From Candidatus Magasanikbacteria bacterium RIFCSPHIGHO2_01_FULL_41_23 (GTDB taxonomy: Bacteria > Patescibacteriota > Patescibacteriia > Magasanikbacterales > UBA922): a stretch of 64,000 bases of DNA. The stretch is taken from contig MFPT01000003.1 in NCBI GenBank assembly GCA_001782805.1, positions 44,072-108,071 of the forward strand, given 5' to 3'. The translations under genes were made by a program, and so were the position numbers. Under the pieces are notes generated by a model that worked only from the letters and a program-made list of their open reading frames with translations, made no database searches and was not told where the DNA came from. This document shows positions 30,266 to 40,004 of the stretch, one piece after another; the first letter of the stretch is position 1; the number at the start of each line of letters is the position of its first letter.

Positions 30266-31729
30266 TTGACCGTAACGGATAATTGGGCTACTCTTATAGT
30301 AATAAATCTTATGAAAAAATCAGAAATCATCCTGATGTTCATCCAGTTGCCCTTGGATTTTATTTTGTTACTTTTGGCTGGCTGGTCAGCCTATTGGTTG
30401 CGGTTTTCCGATTGGGCAGTGGCTTGGCGACCAGTGTTGTTTAATCTAACGTTTGACAATTTTACCAGCATGCTCGTAGTTGTGGCCGTGGTATGGATTT
30501 TAATTTTTGCGTTGAGTGGCTTATATTCCACTGATCCCAACCGAAAATTATTGCCTGATTTGGCGCGAGTGCTACTTGGTTGTTCCGCCGGATTGTCAGC
30601 TGTTGCGGTCTATGTTTTGTTTAGGCAAACACCGTTTGATTCGCGTTTTTTAGTTGTTTTTGGTTGGGGATTTGCAGTTTCGTATGTGTGTTTTGGTCGC
30701 TTAGTTATGCGCGGATTTAAAGCTTTACTGTATCGGTCTAACATTGGTTTGCGTTGCGTGGTTTTGATCGGGGAAAATAATAGCACAGAATCAATTGTCA
30801 GTGTGTTGACCACGAGACGCGAATTAGGATATGACGTGCTTGGTGTGTACGAGCATCTTGATGAGCCAACTTCGCGCATTTTGGCCGAACTTGATTTGGA
30901 TGAAATTATTTTTTTGAATCCGCGCGCGCACGAAGATGAAGCTTTACGTGCAATTGATTTGTGCAATGAGCGTCATATCGTATTTAAATATTCAGCGGAT
31001 TTGTTCGCAACGTATTCTTCGCATATGCGCGTGCAGCCGTTGGCCGGTGTGCCGATTGTTGAATTAAAGCGCACGGCCCTTGATGGGTGGGGCCGGGTGT
31101 TAAAGCGCGTCACGGATATTGTGGTGAGCGCAGTATTAATTATAATTTTGGCACCAGTAATGCTCGCGGTTGCTTTCATTATCTGGTGTGAAACCGGTCG
31201 GCCAATTATTTATAAAAATGAACGGGTGGGTATTCGCGGCCAGAATTTTTTTACGTTTAAATTTCGTTCAATGTATCAAAAAGATTCGACCGGATCGCAA
31301 TTTGGGGCGGATGGTGAAAAAGCCGAAGCGCGTGAACAAGAATTAATTAAAAAACAAAACAGTAAAGCCGGTCCGATTTATAAAATTGCCAATGATCCGC
31401 GCGTTACGCCATTTGGGCGTTGGTTGCGACAGTGGAGTTTGGATGAATTACCACAATTTTTTAATGTGTTGAGTGGATCAATGAGTTTGGTTGGTCCGCG
31501 TCCGCATCAGCCACGCGAAGTTGGTCAATATCACGCCGAACACAAGCGGGTTTTAATTATCAAACCAGGCATTTCCGGCTTGGCGCAAATTTCCGGACGC
31601 AGTGATTTGTCATTTACCGATGAAATTCGTTTGGATGTTTTTTATATTGAGCATTGGAGTTTATTTTTAGATTTGGTAATTTTTTTTAAAACTCCGTTTA
31701 TTTTGTTCAAAAAACGACGAGTTTTATGA
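30266..31729 (+). CDS. Polyprenyl-phosphate glycosyl-1-phosphate transferase (WbaP/CpsE-like 'bacterial sugar transferase')
   Basis: N-terminal TM bundle and a C-terminal catalytic domain: 'FKFRSM...', 'PGISGLAQISGRSDLSFTDEIRLDVFYIE'. The true start may be the ATG at 30311. Confidence 0.8.
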   Translation: MTVTDNWATLIVINLMKKSEIILMFIQLPLDFILLLLAGWSAYWLRFSDWAVAWRPVLFNLTFDNFTSMLVVVAVVWILIFALSGLYSTDPNRKLLPDLARVLLGCSAGLSAVAVYVLFRQTPFDSRFLVVFGWGFAVSYVCFGRLVMRGFKALLYRSNIGLRCVVLIGENNSTESIVSVLTTRRELGYDVLGVYEHLDEPTSRILAELDLDEIIFLNPRAHEDEALRAIDLCNERHIVFKYSADLFATYSSHMRVQPLAGVPIVELKRTALDGWGRVLKRVTDIVVSAVLIIILAPVMLAVAFIIWCETGRPIIYKNERVGIRGQNFFTFKFRSMYQKDSTGSQFGADGEKAEAREQELIKKQNSKAGPIYKIANDPRVTPFGRWLRQWSLDELPQFFNVLSGSMSLVGPRPHQPREVGQYHAEHKRVLIIKPGISGLAQISGRSDLSFTDEIRLDVFYIEHWSLFLDLVIFFKTPFILFKKRRVL

Positions 31730-32850
31730 AAGTGGCTTTGGTGCATGATTATTTAAGTCAGGATGGCGGAGCGGAAAGGGTTTTGCGTGCGTTTCATGAA
31801 TTGTGGCCCGATGCGCCGATTTTTGTTTTGTTTTGCGAGCCGGGGAATGTTCCCGGTTTTGCTGACGCGCAAATTCATGAATCATTTTTGCGTTGGCTAC
31901 CGTTTGGTCGGACCAAATATCAATGGTATTTGCCCTGGATGCCGATTGCGACCGAGCGTCATAATTTACATGATTTTGATGTCGTGATTTCTTCCACGAG
32001 CGCGTTTGCCAAAGGGGTTTTGACTCGACCGGATACGCTGCACATTTCTTATTGTCACACTCCCACGCGATATTTATGGACTGACACGCATGAATACATT
32101 GCTGATCTTAAATATAATCGTTTGGTCAAAGCGGTTTTGCCAAAATTAATTCATAAATTACGGCTGTGGGATAAAATGAGCGTTGACCGGGTGGATTATT
32201 TTGTGGCTAATTCCGGCACGGTACATTCACGGATTCAAAAATATTATCGGCGCGACAGCGATGTTATATATCCGCCGGTTGATACGCATATTTTTCAGCC
32301 CGCGGAATCAATCGGCGATTATTTTGTGTCGGGCGGACGATTGGTTCCGTACAAGCGTTTCGATCTTTTGGTGCGTGTGTTTAACCGATTAGGAAAGCCA
32401 CTTAAAATTTTTGGGATTGGGCCGGAATTGTCAAAATTACAGGCGCAGGCAAAATCAAATATTCAATTTTTGGGGCGAATTTCTGAAATGGAAAAGGCTG
32501 ATTTGTTGGCAAAGGCTCAAGCATTTTTGCATCCGCAAATTGAAGATTTGGGGATTACTCCTTTGGAGTCAATGGCCGCGGGCAGACCGGTGATTGCCTA
32601 TGGCGTGGGAGGGGCAACGGAAACTGTAATTCCGGGCGAAACCGGCGTCTTGTTTCATGAACAAAATTGGGAAACCATTTTTGATACGGTATTGCGTTTT
32701 GATCCCACGGCGTGGAACAGTCAAAAAATTAGAAGTTGGGCGGAGCGCTTCAGTGTTTTTCATTTTAAAGAACGTTTTCATTCGTACGTAGATAATAAAT
32801 ACGCGGTGTTTCAAAACGAACGTGCGCGCTGTCAGTTGGAAGTGCGTTAA
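31726..32850 (+). CDS. Glycosyltransferase family 4 (GT-B)
   Basis: The EX7E-type motif 'EDLGITPLESMAAGRPVIAYGVGGATETV'. The start overlaps the stop codon of the preceding gene. Confidence 0.8.
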   Translation: MKVALVHDYLSQDGGAERVLRAFHELWPDAPIFVLFCEPGNVPGFADAQIHESFLRWLPFGRTKYQWYLPWMPIATERHNLHDFDVVISSTSAFAKGVLTRPDTLHISYCHTPTRYLWTDTHEYIADLKYNRLVKAVLPKLIHKLRLWDKMSVDRVDYFVANSGTVHSRIQKYYRRDSDVIYPPVDTHIFQPAESIGDYFVSGGRLVPYKRFDLLVRVFNRLGKPLKIFGIGPELSKLQAQAKSNIQFLGRISEMEKADLLAKAQAFLHPQIEDLGITPLESMAAGRPVIAYGVGGATETVIPGETGVLFHEQNWETIFDTVLRFDPTAWNSQKIRSWAERFSVFHFKERFHSYVDNKYAVFQNERARCQLEVR

Positions 32851-32897
32851 GAATGGGCATATGTGTTAAAAATAAGTATGCGTGTTAATTTGCCGCT

Positions 32898-34070
32898 ATG
32901 AATATTGCGATGGATATTCGCGTGCTCGCGACTATGCCCCGAACCGGAGTAGGGGAATATACGTTTGAACTGCTTAACGCGATTTTTTTATTGTCTCCCC
33001 AGAATACCTATTTTTTACTTTCCAGCGGCTGCAAAAAATTTTTTATGCCGCCGGAATGGCAAAAACCAAATATTATTTTGATACATTTGTCTTTTTCCAA
33101 TCGATTGCTGAATATACTAATGTTTTTATTTAAGTGGCCGCGTTTGACTGATTGGCCTCGTCTTGCCAGATGGCCGCATTTGAATAAAAAATGTGTTCCA
33201 AAATTTGATGTTTTGTATATTCCCAATTTTAATTTTGCTCCACTTGATCCGACGGTTAAAACTATAGTCATGGTTCATGATATTAGCTTTGCTTTATTTC
33301 CCCAATTTTTTTCGTGGAAACAGCGTCTTTGGCATTGGGCTTTGCGACCGAAACATTTATTACAAACAGCTGATCAGATTATCATGCCTTCACATAATAC
33401 GCGGCGCGATGTAATTGAATATTTTGGTATTGAAGAAAAAAAAGTTACGACTCTGTATCCCGGATTATGTTCAGAATTTTTTGCTCCGAATGAAGCAGAA
33501 ATTTATCGAGTTAAAAATAAATATAATTTGCCAGACAATTATATTTTATTTTTAGGCACGCTTGAACCGCGCAAAAATGTGGCGGCGATTATTTATGCGT
33601 TTCAAGAATTACATCGCACTAATGCACTGGCTCGCGATTTAAAATTAGTGATTGCTGGCGCGCTGGGCTGGAAAAATTCAGAGGTAAAAAAAATGATTGC
33701 GGCTGACAAACATATTGTTTCAATTGGGTATATTGATGAAAAAGATAAGCATGCCCTGTACAAACTCGCTCGCGTGTTTGTGTATCCCAGTTTTTATGAG
33801 GGTTTTGGTTTGCCGGTTTTGGAAGCGATGGCCACGGGAACACCGGTTATTACCAGTAATCGGTCTTCGTTAGTTGAAGTGGCTGGCACGGCCGCGTATC
33901 TGGTTAATCCGGATCGGATTGATGAATTAGTTACTGGTTTGGAAAGATTTTTGTTTGATTCCGAATTACATAATTTGTATAAAACTCGCGGTTTGGTACA
34001 AGCGCAAAAATTTTCTTGGGAGCGAACGGCTCGAGAATTTATGACTAATTTGATTTCAGAACCTAATTAA
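32898..34070 (+). CDS. Glycosyltransferase family 4 (GT-B)
   Basis: 'YPSFYEGFGLPVLEAMATGTPVITSNRSSLVEV'. Confidence 0.8.
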   Translation: MNIAMDIRVLATMPRTGVGEYTFELLNAIFLLSPQNTYFLLSSGCKKFFMPPEWQKPNIILIHLSFSNRLLNILMFLFKWPRLTDWPRLARWPHLNKKCVPKFDVLYIPNFNFAPLDPTVKTIVMVHDISFALFPQFFSWKQRLWHWALRPKHLLQTADQIIMPSHNTRRDVIEYFGIEEKKVTTLYPGLCSEFFAPNEAEIYRVKNKYNLPDNYILFLGTLEPRKNVAAIIYAFQELHRTNALARDLKLVIAGALGWKNSEVKKMIAADKHIVSIGYIDEKDKHALYKLARVFVYPSFYEGFGLPVLEAMATGTPVITSNRSSLVEVAGTAAYLVNPDRIDELVTGLERFLFDSELHNLYKTRGLVQAQKFSWERTAREFMTNLISEPN

Positions 34071-34251
34071 ACACATCAAGGAAATTAAAATTAAAGTTAA
34101 CTTAACCTGCGGTTATCGTCAATATTCGTTCGGTTCTCAATCATCCCAACCGCGCCGCTCGCTCGCAGTATATACTCAGTGAATGGCTCGCTCCCTACAT
34201 TGTCCGCTCGGCTTTGATTATATATAGTATAGATTCAGCCTCGCGTCCAAA

Positions 34252-34267
34252 TCCCGACATGTCGGGA
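34252..34267. repeat. A copy of the dispersed TCCCGAC-N4-GTCGGGA hairpin repeat. Other copies are at 36821-36839, 41102-41133, 41790-41816 and 54326-54343.
   Basis: The five copies share a 6-7-bp GC-rich stem and a 4-nt loop. Two are followed by T-runs. Confidence 0.6.
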
Positions 34268-34549
34268 CGTTATGGGATAATTGCCAACCTCACTAATACA
34301 ACTACGTAAGATTCAATGAGTCATTGAATCAAACTGGAACTGAATCCTCTTTTTCTGAAAGCTGAGTATATTGACTTACTGAGAATGCATAATCCGTTAG
34401 ACTATCAGTTGAAAAAAAGAGGATCAGTGAAGTTTGATTAAGACTTGGGAAAGGGAGTTTTAATACGATTTAGTAAAAACAAAAACCACCCAACCTCCTT
34501 CACAAGTGCCCAATAATTTTGGATGCTTATGATGATTTTTGGGTGGTTT

Positions 34550-35010
34550 TTGCTGTAAGGGGCAACGTCACCCCAACCCGACCGACAAGGCCAGAGTTGG
34601 GGTGACGAAGCTGGGGGGTGGCCGGGCATTGCCCAAGCCAGTCGTTCAGCCGCGGGGGTGGTTCATCCCCGCGGGCGCGCAGCCTTCCCACGAAGTGGGA
34701 GCGCCGATCGTTGTGAAGTGAACCTCCACGTCGATCCCTTGTTGTCCTTCGATCTGGCGCTTTTCGGCAGTGGCGAGGAAGATCTCGCGACGGCTCTTGC
34801 CGCCGTGATACTTCACGCGCTTCTGCACGAACAAGTGCCTGTGGGGCTGCAAGGGACGCCCCCTCCCATCGAATTGACCGATCAAATTCTTCAAAATCCC
34901 TCCAGGGATTTTCGTGGTATTTTTTCAACCACGGTTAGAGTTGAGAATGCCCATCATCTTACAGCGCGGGCATTTTTTTGTCAACCCGAGTTGTGGATTG
35001 GTGGTTATTT
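34550..35010. other. GC-rich (~58%) island 1. The best coding frame is on the minus strand (34646..34894), as a truncated ORF with high GC3.
   Basis: A sharp composition shift relative to the ~40% GC flanks. GC-rich hairpins 'cgtcacccc/ggggtgacg' and 'ccgcggggg/ccccgcgg'. A plus-strand terminator-like hairpin at 34943-34976. Confidence 0.5.
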
Positions 35011-36189
35011 TTAACCCAGCCATTCTTTTTTAAAATCAAGAAAATTATCAACATTGATTGCCTGACGCATATCGCGCATTAAATTAAGAAAAAAATGAAG
35101 ATTATGTAAAGTCGCCAAACGATAAGCGAGCATTTCATTGGCGCGAAAAAGATGATGCACATAAGCGCGCGAATGATTTAAACAAGTAAAACATAAACAT
35201 TCTGGATCAATTGGCTGGGAATCATTTCTAAACTGCGCGTTCGTAATGCTAATTTTTAAATTTGGATCGATTTTTTTGTGAACATATAACGTCCCATTGC
35301 GCGCAATGCGTGTGGGTGCCACGCAATCAAACATATCAATGCCGCGTTCCACCGCGACAAACAAATCCGCCGGCGAATATCCCAAGCCCATGGTGTAGCG
35401 TGGTTTTTCTGCCGGTAAAAATGGCGTAACCCAATCAATAATATCCGCAGTTGCGGCCATATTATAGCCAATTGATTCGCCACCAATCGCAATCCCATCA
35501 AAATTTTGCGCGGCAATAAATTTGGCGGAAGTCTCGCGTAAATGTTTATGATTCGCGCCTTGAATAATGCCAAATAAAAAACGTTTATAATCAGTTGGTT
35601 TAAATTTTTGGTGTGCTTCCATCGAGCGCGTAGCCCAACGATGCGTGCGCTCCATGGCTTCCATTGTGTATTTTTTATCCGCCGTGTCAGAAGTACATTC
35701 ATCAAAGGCCATAATAATATCCGCGCCGATTTTATGCTGCGTGGCAATGGCCGATTCCGGAGTAAAGCGATGTGTTGAACCATCAATATGTGAGCGAAAC
35801 GTCACTCCATCTTCATCAATCGCCACTAATTTTCCTTGTGTATCATTTTCCGCAATGTCGCCGCTTTTTTCTTTTTGTGTTCCTAAACTAAAAACTTGAA
35901 AACCACCGCTATCGGTTAAAATTGGCCGATCCCAGTGCATAAATTTGTGCAAGCCGCCAAATTCCGCGATCAAATCTTCGCCCGGACGCAAATGCAAATG
36001 ATAGGTATTGCCCAAAATAATTTCCGCATCTAAATTTTGCAGATCAGTTTGATCCAGACTTTTAACCGTGGCTTGCGTGCCAACCGGCATAAAAACCGGA
36101 GTTTGAATATCGCCGTGTTCAGTATGAACAACACCGGTTCGGGCGCGAGAATTTTTGTCATTATGAGTGAGGGTAAAAAATGTGTTCAT
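35011..36189 (-). CDS. tgt: Queuine tRNA-ribosyltransferase
   Basis: 392 aa. The zinc site is 'CLCFTCLNHSRAYVHHL'. The N-terminus 'GVVHTEHGDIQTPVFMPVGT' is typical of Tgt. Confidence 0.9.
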   Translation of the reverse strand: MNTFFTLTHNDKNSRARTGVVHTEHGDIQTPVFMPVGTQATVKSLDQTDLQNLDAEIILGNTYHLHLRPGEDLIAEFGGLHKFMHWDRPILTDSGGFQVFSLGTQKEKSGDIAENDTQGKLVAIDEDGVTFRSHIDGSTHRFTPESAIATQHKIGADIIMAFDECTSDTADKKYTMEAMERTHRWATRSMEAHQKFKPTDYKRFLFGIIQGANHKHLRETSAKFIAAQNFDGIAIGGESIGYNMAATADIIDWVTPFLPAEKPRYTMGLGYSPADLFVAVERGIDMFDCVAPTRIARNGTLYVHKKIDPNLKISITNAQFRNDSQPIDPECLCFTCLNHSRAYVHHLFRANEMLAYRLATLHNLHFFLNLMRDMRQAINVDNFLDFKKEWLG

Positions 36190-36315
36190 ATTTTTTTAAA
36201 ACTCGGGTGAAAAATTATACTACCATAATTTGACATCCGCATCAACTAATTCGTATAGTTATAATAATGCATTCGGCTGGTTGACCAAGTGCAAAATCCA
36301 ACGCCAGGAGGATGA

Positions 36316-36807
36316 ATGGCGAAACAATCGCCAAAACCCGGTCGCCGGAATTGGCCGCAACAGACTACGCGGCATCACATGGTGCCGCGCTGTCGGTGTC
36401 GGCTGCGTGACGGTCAACATCGTGGTAATGTCAAAAAAATACCGCGACAAGATCACGAAGCGTGGCACACTCTCTTTGGGGAAATGATGCCCCACGAGGT
36501 GGTGGCGTACATCGTCATCACACTCGCGGAAAGAGGTTATTTCAACGAGGTTCACTTGGAGGCGCATTGGGAGGGCGCGACCTACAAGTTTGATCTGGAC
36601 GCACCGAAGCAAGCTGAACCTATTATGGCGGTTCGGCGTCGCTTCAACAAGGTTGACTGGGAACGAGTGTTCGGAACCGTGACTTGGTTTTCGGCTGCCA
36701 CGCAAGTGGTGCGAGACTGGTCGCCAGCCGGATACTTTTCTTTCGTCAACATCGTAGCCACGCCCGAAGAGCGCTACGCGTTTTTTTGTGGCGAAGAGGC
36801 TGTGTAG
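36316..36807 (+). CDS. GC-rich ORF (island 2) encoding an HNH-endonuclease-like small protein
   Basis: 'HHMVPRCRCRLRDG...NVKKIPRQDHEAWHTLFG' resembles the HNH H-H-x-x-P-R...N...H core. GC3 is elevated and island GC is ~58%. Confidence 0.4.
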   Translation: MAKQSPKPGRRNWPQQTTRHHMVPRCRCRLRDGQHRGNVKKIPRQDHEAWHTLFGEMMPHEVVAYIVITLAERGYFNEVHLEAHWEGATYKFDLDAPKQAEPIMAVRRRFNKVDWERVFGTVTWFSAATQVVRDWSPAGYFSFVNIVATPEERYAFFCGEEAV

Positions 36808-36905
36808 TCCTACCTATTGGGTCCCGACAATGTCGGGACCCCTCCTTTCTTCTGCAGTCTTTCCCGACTGTTTTATTTTTTTATGTTTGCTATACTGAAG
36901 CGACT

Positions 36906-37814
36906 ATGAAACGGTCTTACTTTTCACTGTTTAATGTAACAAGTTTGGGAATAATTATCCTATTATTTTTGGCTACTTTATGGTTGTGGCGGGGATTTTG
37001 GCGTAATCAACAATTTGATCAAGCAGTGGAAAAACAAGTGACGGCCGAACGAAACGCGTCGGAATATGCGTTACCAACCAAATTAGCTACGACAACTACA
37101 ATCGATTCAATCTCTGAGATTCCAACAACTTCCGCGGCTCAAATTATTATTGCTGCAAACACTGTTTCCACTACGCCTGAGGAAAAAATTGAAAATAATA
37201 ATTCTGCTTCACACGTCGCGATTTCACCGTTAACCGGAGCGCTTACTTTGGGCGAGGATGATGTTAATTTAATCGTGCCGTATGCTTCGCAAGCGCCGGA
37301 AAGAAATTGGGATCAGCCTTGGCAGGACGCGTGTGAAGAAGCGGCGTTGTTAATGTTGGACGCCTATTACAAAGGATATGGTTTAAGTCCGTTGTCGGCC
37401 AAAGATGAAATGCAAAAAATGATTGATTGGGAAACTGAACAAGGTTGGGGAGGAAGTGTGGATATTGAACATATTAAAAAAATCGCGAACGATTATCTTA
37501 ATTTTAAAAAGAAAATTATAATTGTGGAAAATCCCAGTGTGGAACAAATTAAAAAATTTATTGATGTCGGTAATCCGGTTTTGGTCGTGGCCGATGGTAA
37601 AGTTTTGCCGAATAAATATTATGCCAATGGTGGCCCGATGTATCATGCGCTCATAATTCGTGGATATACTGCGGACAAATTTATTACCAATGATCCGGGA
37701 GTAAATCGCGGCGCGAATTTTGTTTTTCCGATTGAAGCGGTAATGAATGCGCTTCATGATTGGAATGATGGGGATGTGAAAAATGGACGCAAAGTTATTT
37801 TGGTGCTGGAATAA
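36906..37814 (+). CDS. Membrane-anchored C39-like (Peptidase_C39_2) cysteine peptidase domain protein
   Basis: One N-terminal TM helix. The catalytic Cys context is 'QDACEEAALLML' and the His context is 'MYHALIIRGY'. The track's upstream extension to 36684 runs through the GC island and is probably not translated. Confidence 0.6.
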   Translation: MKRSYFSLFNVTSLGIIILLFLATLWLWRGFWRNQQFDQAVEKQVTAERNASEYALPTKLATTTTIDSISEIPTTSAAQIIIAANTVSTTPEEKIENNNSASHVAISPLTGALTLGEDDVNLIVPYASQAPERNWDQPWQDACEEAALLMLDAYYKGYGLSPLSAKDEMQKMIDWETEQGWGGSVDIEHIKKIANDYLNFKKKIIIVENPSVEQIKKFIDVGNPVLVVADGKVLPNKYYANGGPMYHALIIRGYTADKFITNDPGVNRGANFVFPIEAVMNALHDWNDGDVKNGRKVILVLE

Positions 37815-37815
37815 T

Positions 37816-39963
37816 ATGATCGATTACAAACAAGAATTAAATGAAGAACAACTAAAAGTCGTAGAGCGAGGCGATGGACCGTGTTTAGTTCTGGCCGGAG
37901 CGGGAAGCGGGAAAACGCGCACAATTACGTATCGCGTGGCGTATTTGTTGGAGCAAGGTATTCGACCGGATGAAATTTTATTGGTGACTTTTACGAATAA
38001 GGCGGCGCGCGAAATGGTGCACCGGATTCAGGAATTGCCAATTAGCATTGAGAAATTCATTTTGAGTAAAGCCGAAGGAAAAATTTTTTTGCCGTGGAGC
38101 GGCACATTTCATCACATAGCGTTTCGCTTGTTAAAACAATACGCGTCGCTCATTGGATATGCGAATAATTTTACGGTGCTTGACGCGGAAGACAGCAAAG
38201 ATATTTTGAAATTGTGTTTGAAAATGGAAGGAGTGGACAGAACGCAAAAAAGATTTCCCTCCGCGAACGTCATACATTCATTAATCAGTTACGCGCGGAA
38301 CGCGGAACGCGCGTTGACTGAAATAATCATGGAACGTCATCCGCAATGGGTTGATGTGGCTGACACATTGGGAAGAATTGCTGGTGATTATGATAAAAGA
38401 AAACGAACGGCGAATACGATGGATTTTGACGATTTGTTGGTAAATTTGTATCGTTTGCTCATTGGGCAGCAATCATTGGCGCATAAATTGGCTACGCAGT
38501 TTTGCTATGTTTTAGTGGATGAATATCAGGATACGAATAAAATACAGGCTTCAATTATTCGCGTGCTATCATCCGTACATCGCAATATTTTGGTAGTGGG
38601 AGACGATGCCCAAAGTATTTATTCGTTTCGTGCGGCGGACATTCAAAACATTTTGGATTTTGAAATCCGTTATCCGGGCGCGGCCATTTTTCGATTGGAA
38701 ACCAATTATCGTTCCACGCCGGATATTTTGGAAGTGGCCAATGAAGTGATTGCCAATAATACCAAACAATATCAAAAAAAATTAAAAAGTATTCGGGAAA
38801 AATTTACGCGTCCGGAAATCCATTGTTTTGCGGATCAGAGTGAAGAAGCGGAATTTATTGCCGAACGCATTGTGGAATTGCACGATGAAGGCGTAGCGCT
38901 GGCGCACATCGCGGTTTTATTTCGCGCCGCGTTTCACACCCACGCTTTGGAATTGGAATTAAATAAACGAAATATTCCGTACGAATATCGCGGGGGTTTG
39001 CGTTTTTTTGAACGCGCACACGTGAAAGATGTATTGGCTTTTTTGCGTTTGTACAATAATCCGCGTGACACGGTAGCGTGGTCACGTGCTTTATCCATGC
39101 AAGTGGGGATTGGGCCGGGAACTGTGGAAAAAATCATTGCGCGCGCGTTGGCATTAATGGGAAATGATTCTCAATCAGCTCAATCAATTGATGCGTCTTT
39201 TTTTGATGAGATTGGTTTATCATTGCCGTCTCGCGCGCGCGTTGGTTGGAATGATTTTGTTTTAATGTGGCAGAGAATGGTGCGTGATGAAGATAATAAT
39301 CCCGGAAGTTTAATTACTGCACTTCTGGATTCAAAATATGCGGATTATTTGGAAGCGGAATATCCGGATTATCGTGAGCGGCGCGAAGATTTACAACAAT
39401 TGGCGCATTTGGCGGAACGCGAAGAAGATTTGGGAAAATTTTTAGCGGAATCGGTTTTGCAAGAACAATTCGCGTGGCCAAGCGGAACGCCGGATGGTTC
39501 GGCTTCGACATCAGTCGGAAATGATGAAAGAATTATTTTGTCTACGATTCACCAAGCCAAAGGTTTGGAATGGGAAGCAGTCTTTATATTAAATGTTGCA
39601 GCCGGACAATTTCCCAGTGAGCGTTCCACGCAAGAAGCCAATGGTTTGGAAGAAGAACGCCGTTTATTTTATGTGGCTGTCACGCGCGCGAAAAAATATT
39701 TGTATTTGTCGTATCCTTTAACCGGTAATTTACATAGTTATTTACAAGGCCCCAGTCAATTTTTAGGGGAAATTTCTCAGGATAATGTTGAGACGTATGG
39801 CAATTCGGTTTCCAGCACCAGTTTTTTTGATCCGAGTGACGCGGTTGATGATATAAAATACGTAGCCGAACCGGAAAATAATCGGAATGATGACAGTGAA
39901 GACGTACCATTTCATTCCAAACCTCGTCCAAAAAGTTTTTTGAAAAGTATTGATGAATTATAA
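37816..39963 (+). CDS. UvrD/PcrA-family ATP-dependent DNA helicase
   Basis: Walker A 'LAGAGSGKTRTIT', motif II 'VLVDEYQDTN', and C-terminal helicase motifs 'VTRAKKYLYLSY'. Confidence 0.85.
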   Translation: MIDYKQELNEEQLKVVERGDGPCLVLAGAGSGKTRTITYRVAYLLEQGIRPDEILLVTFTNKAAREMVHRIQELPISIEKFILSKAEGKIFLPWSGTFHHIAFRLLKQYASLIGYANNFTVLDAEDSKDILKLCLKMEGVDRTQKRFPSANVIHSLISYARNAERALTEIIMERHPQWVDVADTLGRIAGDYDKRKRTANTMDFDDLLVNLYRLLIGQQSLAHKLATQFCYVLVDEYQDTNKIQASIIRVLSSVHRNILVVGDDAQSIYSFRAADIQNILDFEIRYPGAAIFRLETNYRSTPDILEVANEVIANNTKQYQKKLKSIREKFTRPEIHCFADQSEEAEFIAERIVELHDEGVALAHIAVLFRAAFHTHALELELNKRNIPYEYRGGLRFFERAHVKDVLAFLRLYNNPRDTVAWSRALSMQVGIGPGTVEKIIARALALMGNDSQSAQSIDASFFDEIGLSLPSRARVGWNDFVLMWQRMVRDEDNNPGSLITALLDSKYADYLEAEYPDYRERREDLQQLAHLAEREEDLGKFLAESVLQEQFAWPSGTPDGSASTSVGNDERIILSTIHQAKGLEWEAVFILNVAAGQFPSERSTQEANGLEEERRLFYVAVTRAKKYLYLSYPLTGNLHSYLQGPSQFLGEISQDNVETYGNSVSSTSFFDPSDAVDDIKYVAEPENNRNDDSEDVPFHSKPRPKSFLKSIDEL

Positions 39964-40004
39964 AAATGTAGACTAAAAATCCGATTCAACATCGGATCTT
40001 TAAG

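Noticed and set aside
34080-34550. Possible ncRNA (tmRNA, SRP or 6S) in the long spacer after the glycosyltransferase genes
   Set aside because: It was searched by eye for the tmRNA tRNA-like end (GGTTCGANTCC...CCA), the resume tag, and the SRP domain-IV motif. None was found. Only a 13-bp inverted repeat 'aaaaaccacccaa/ttgggtggttttt' is present.
36684-36905. N-terminal extension of the C39-like peptidase ORF back to 36684
   Set aside because: The extension runs through the GC-rich island and overlaps the HNH-like ORF frame. The hydrophobic 'MKRSYFSLF...' start at 36906 has normal host composition and is the plausible initiation site.
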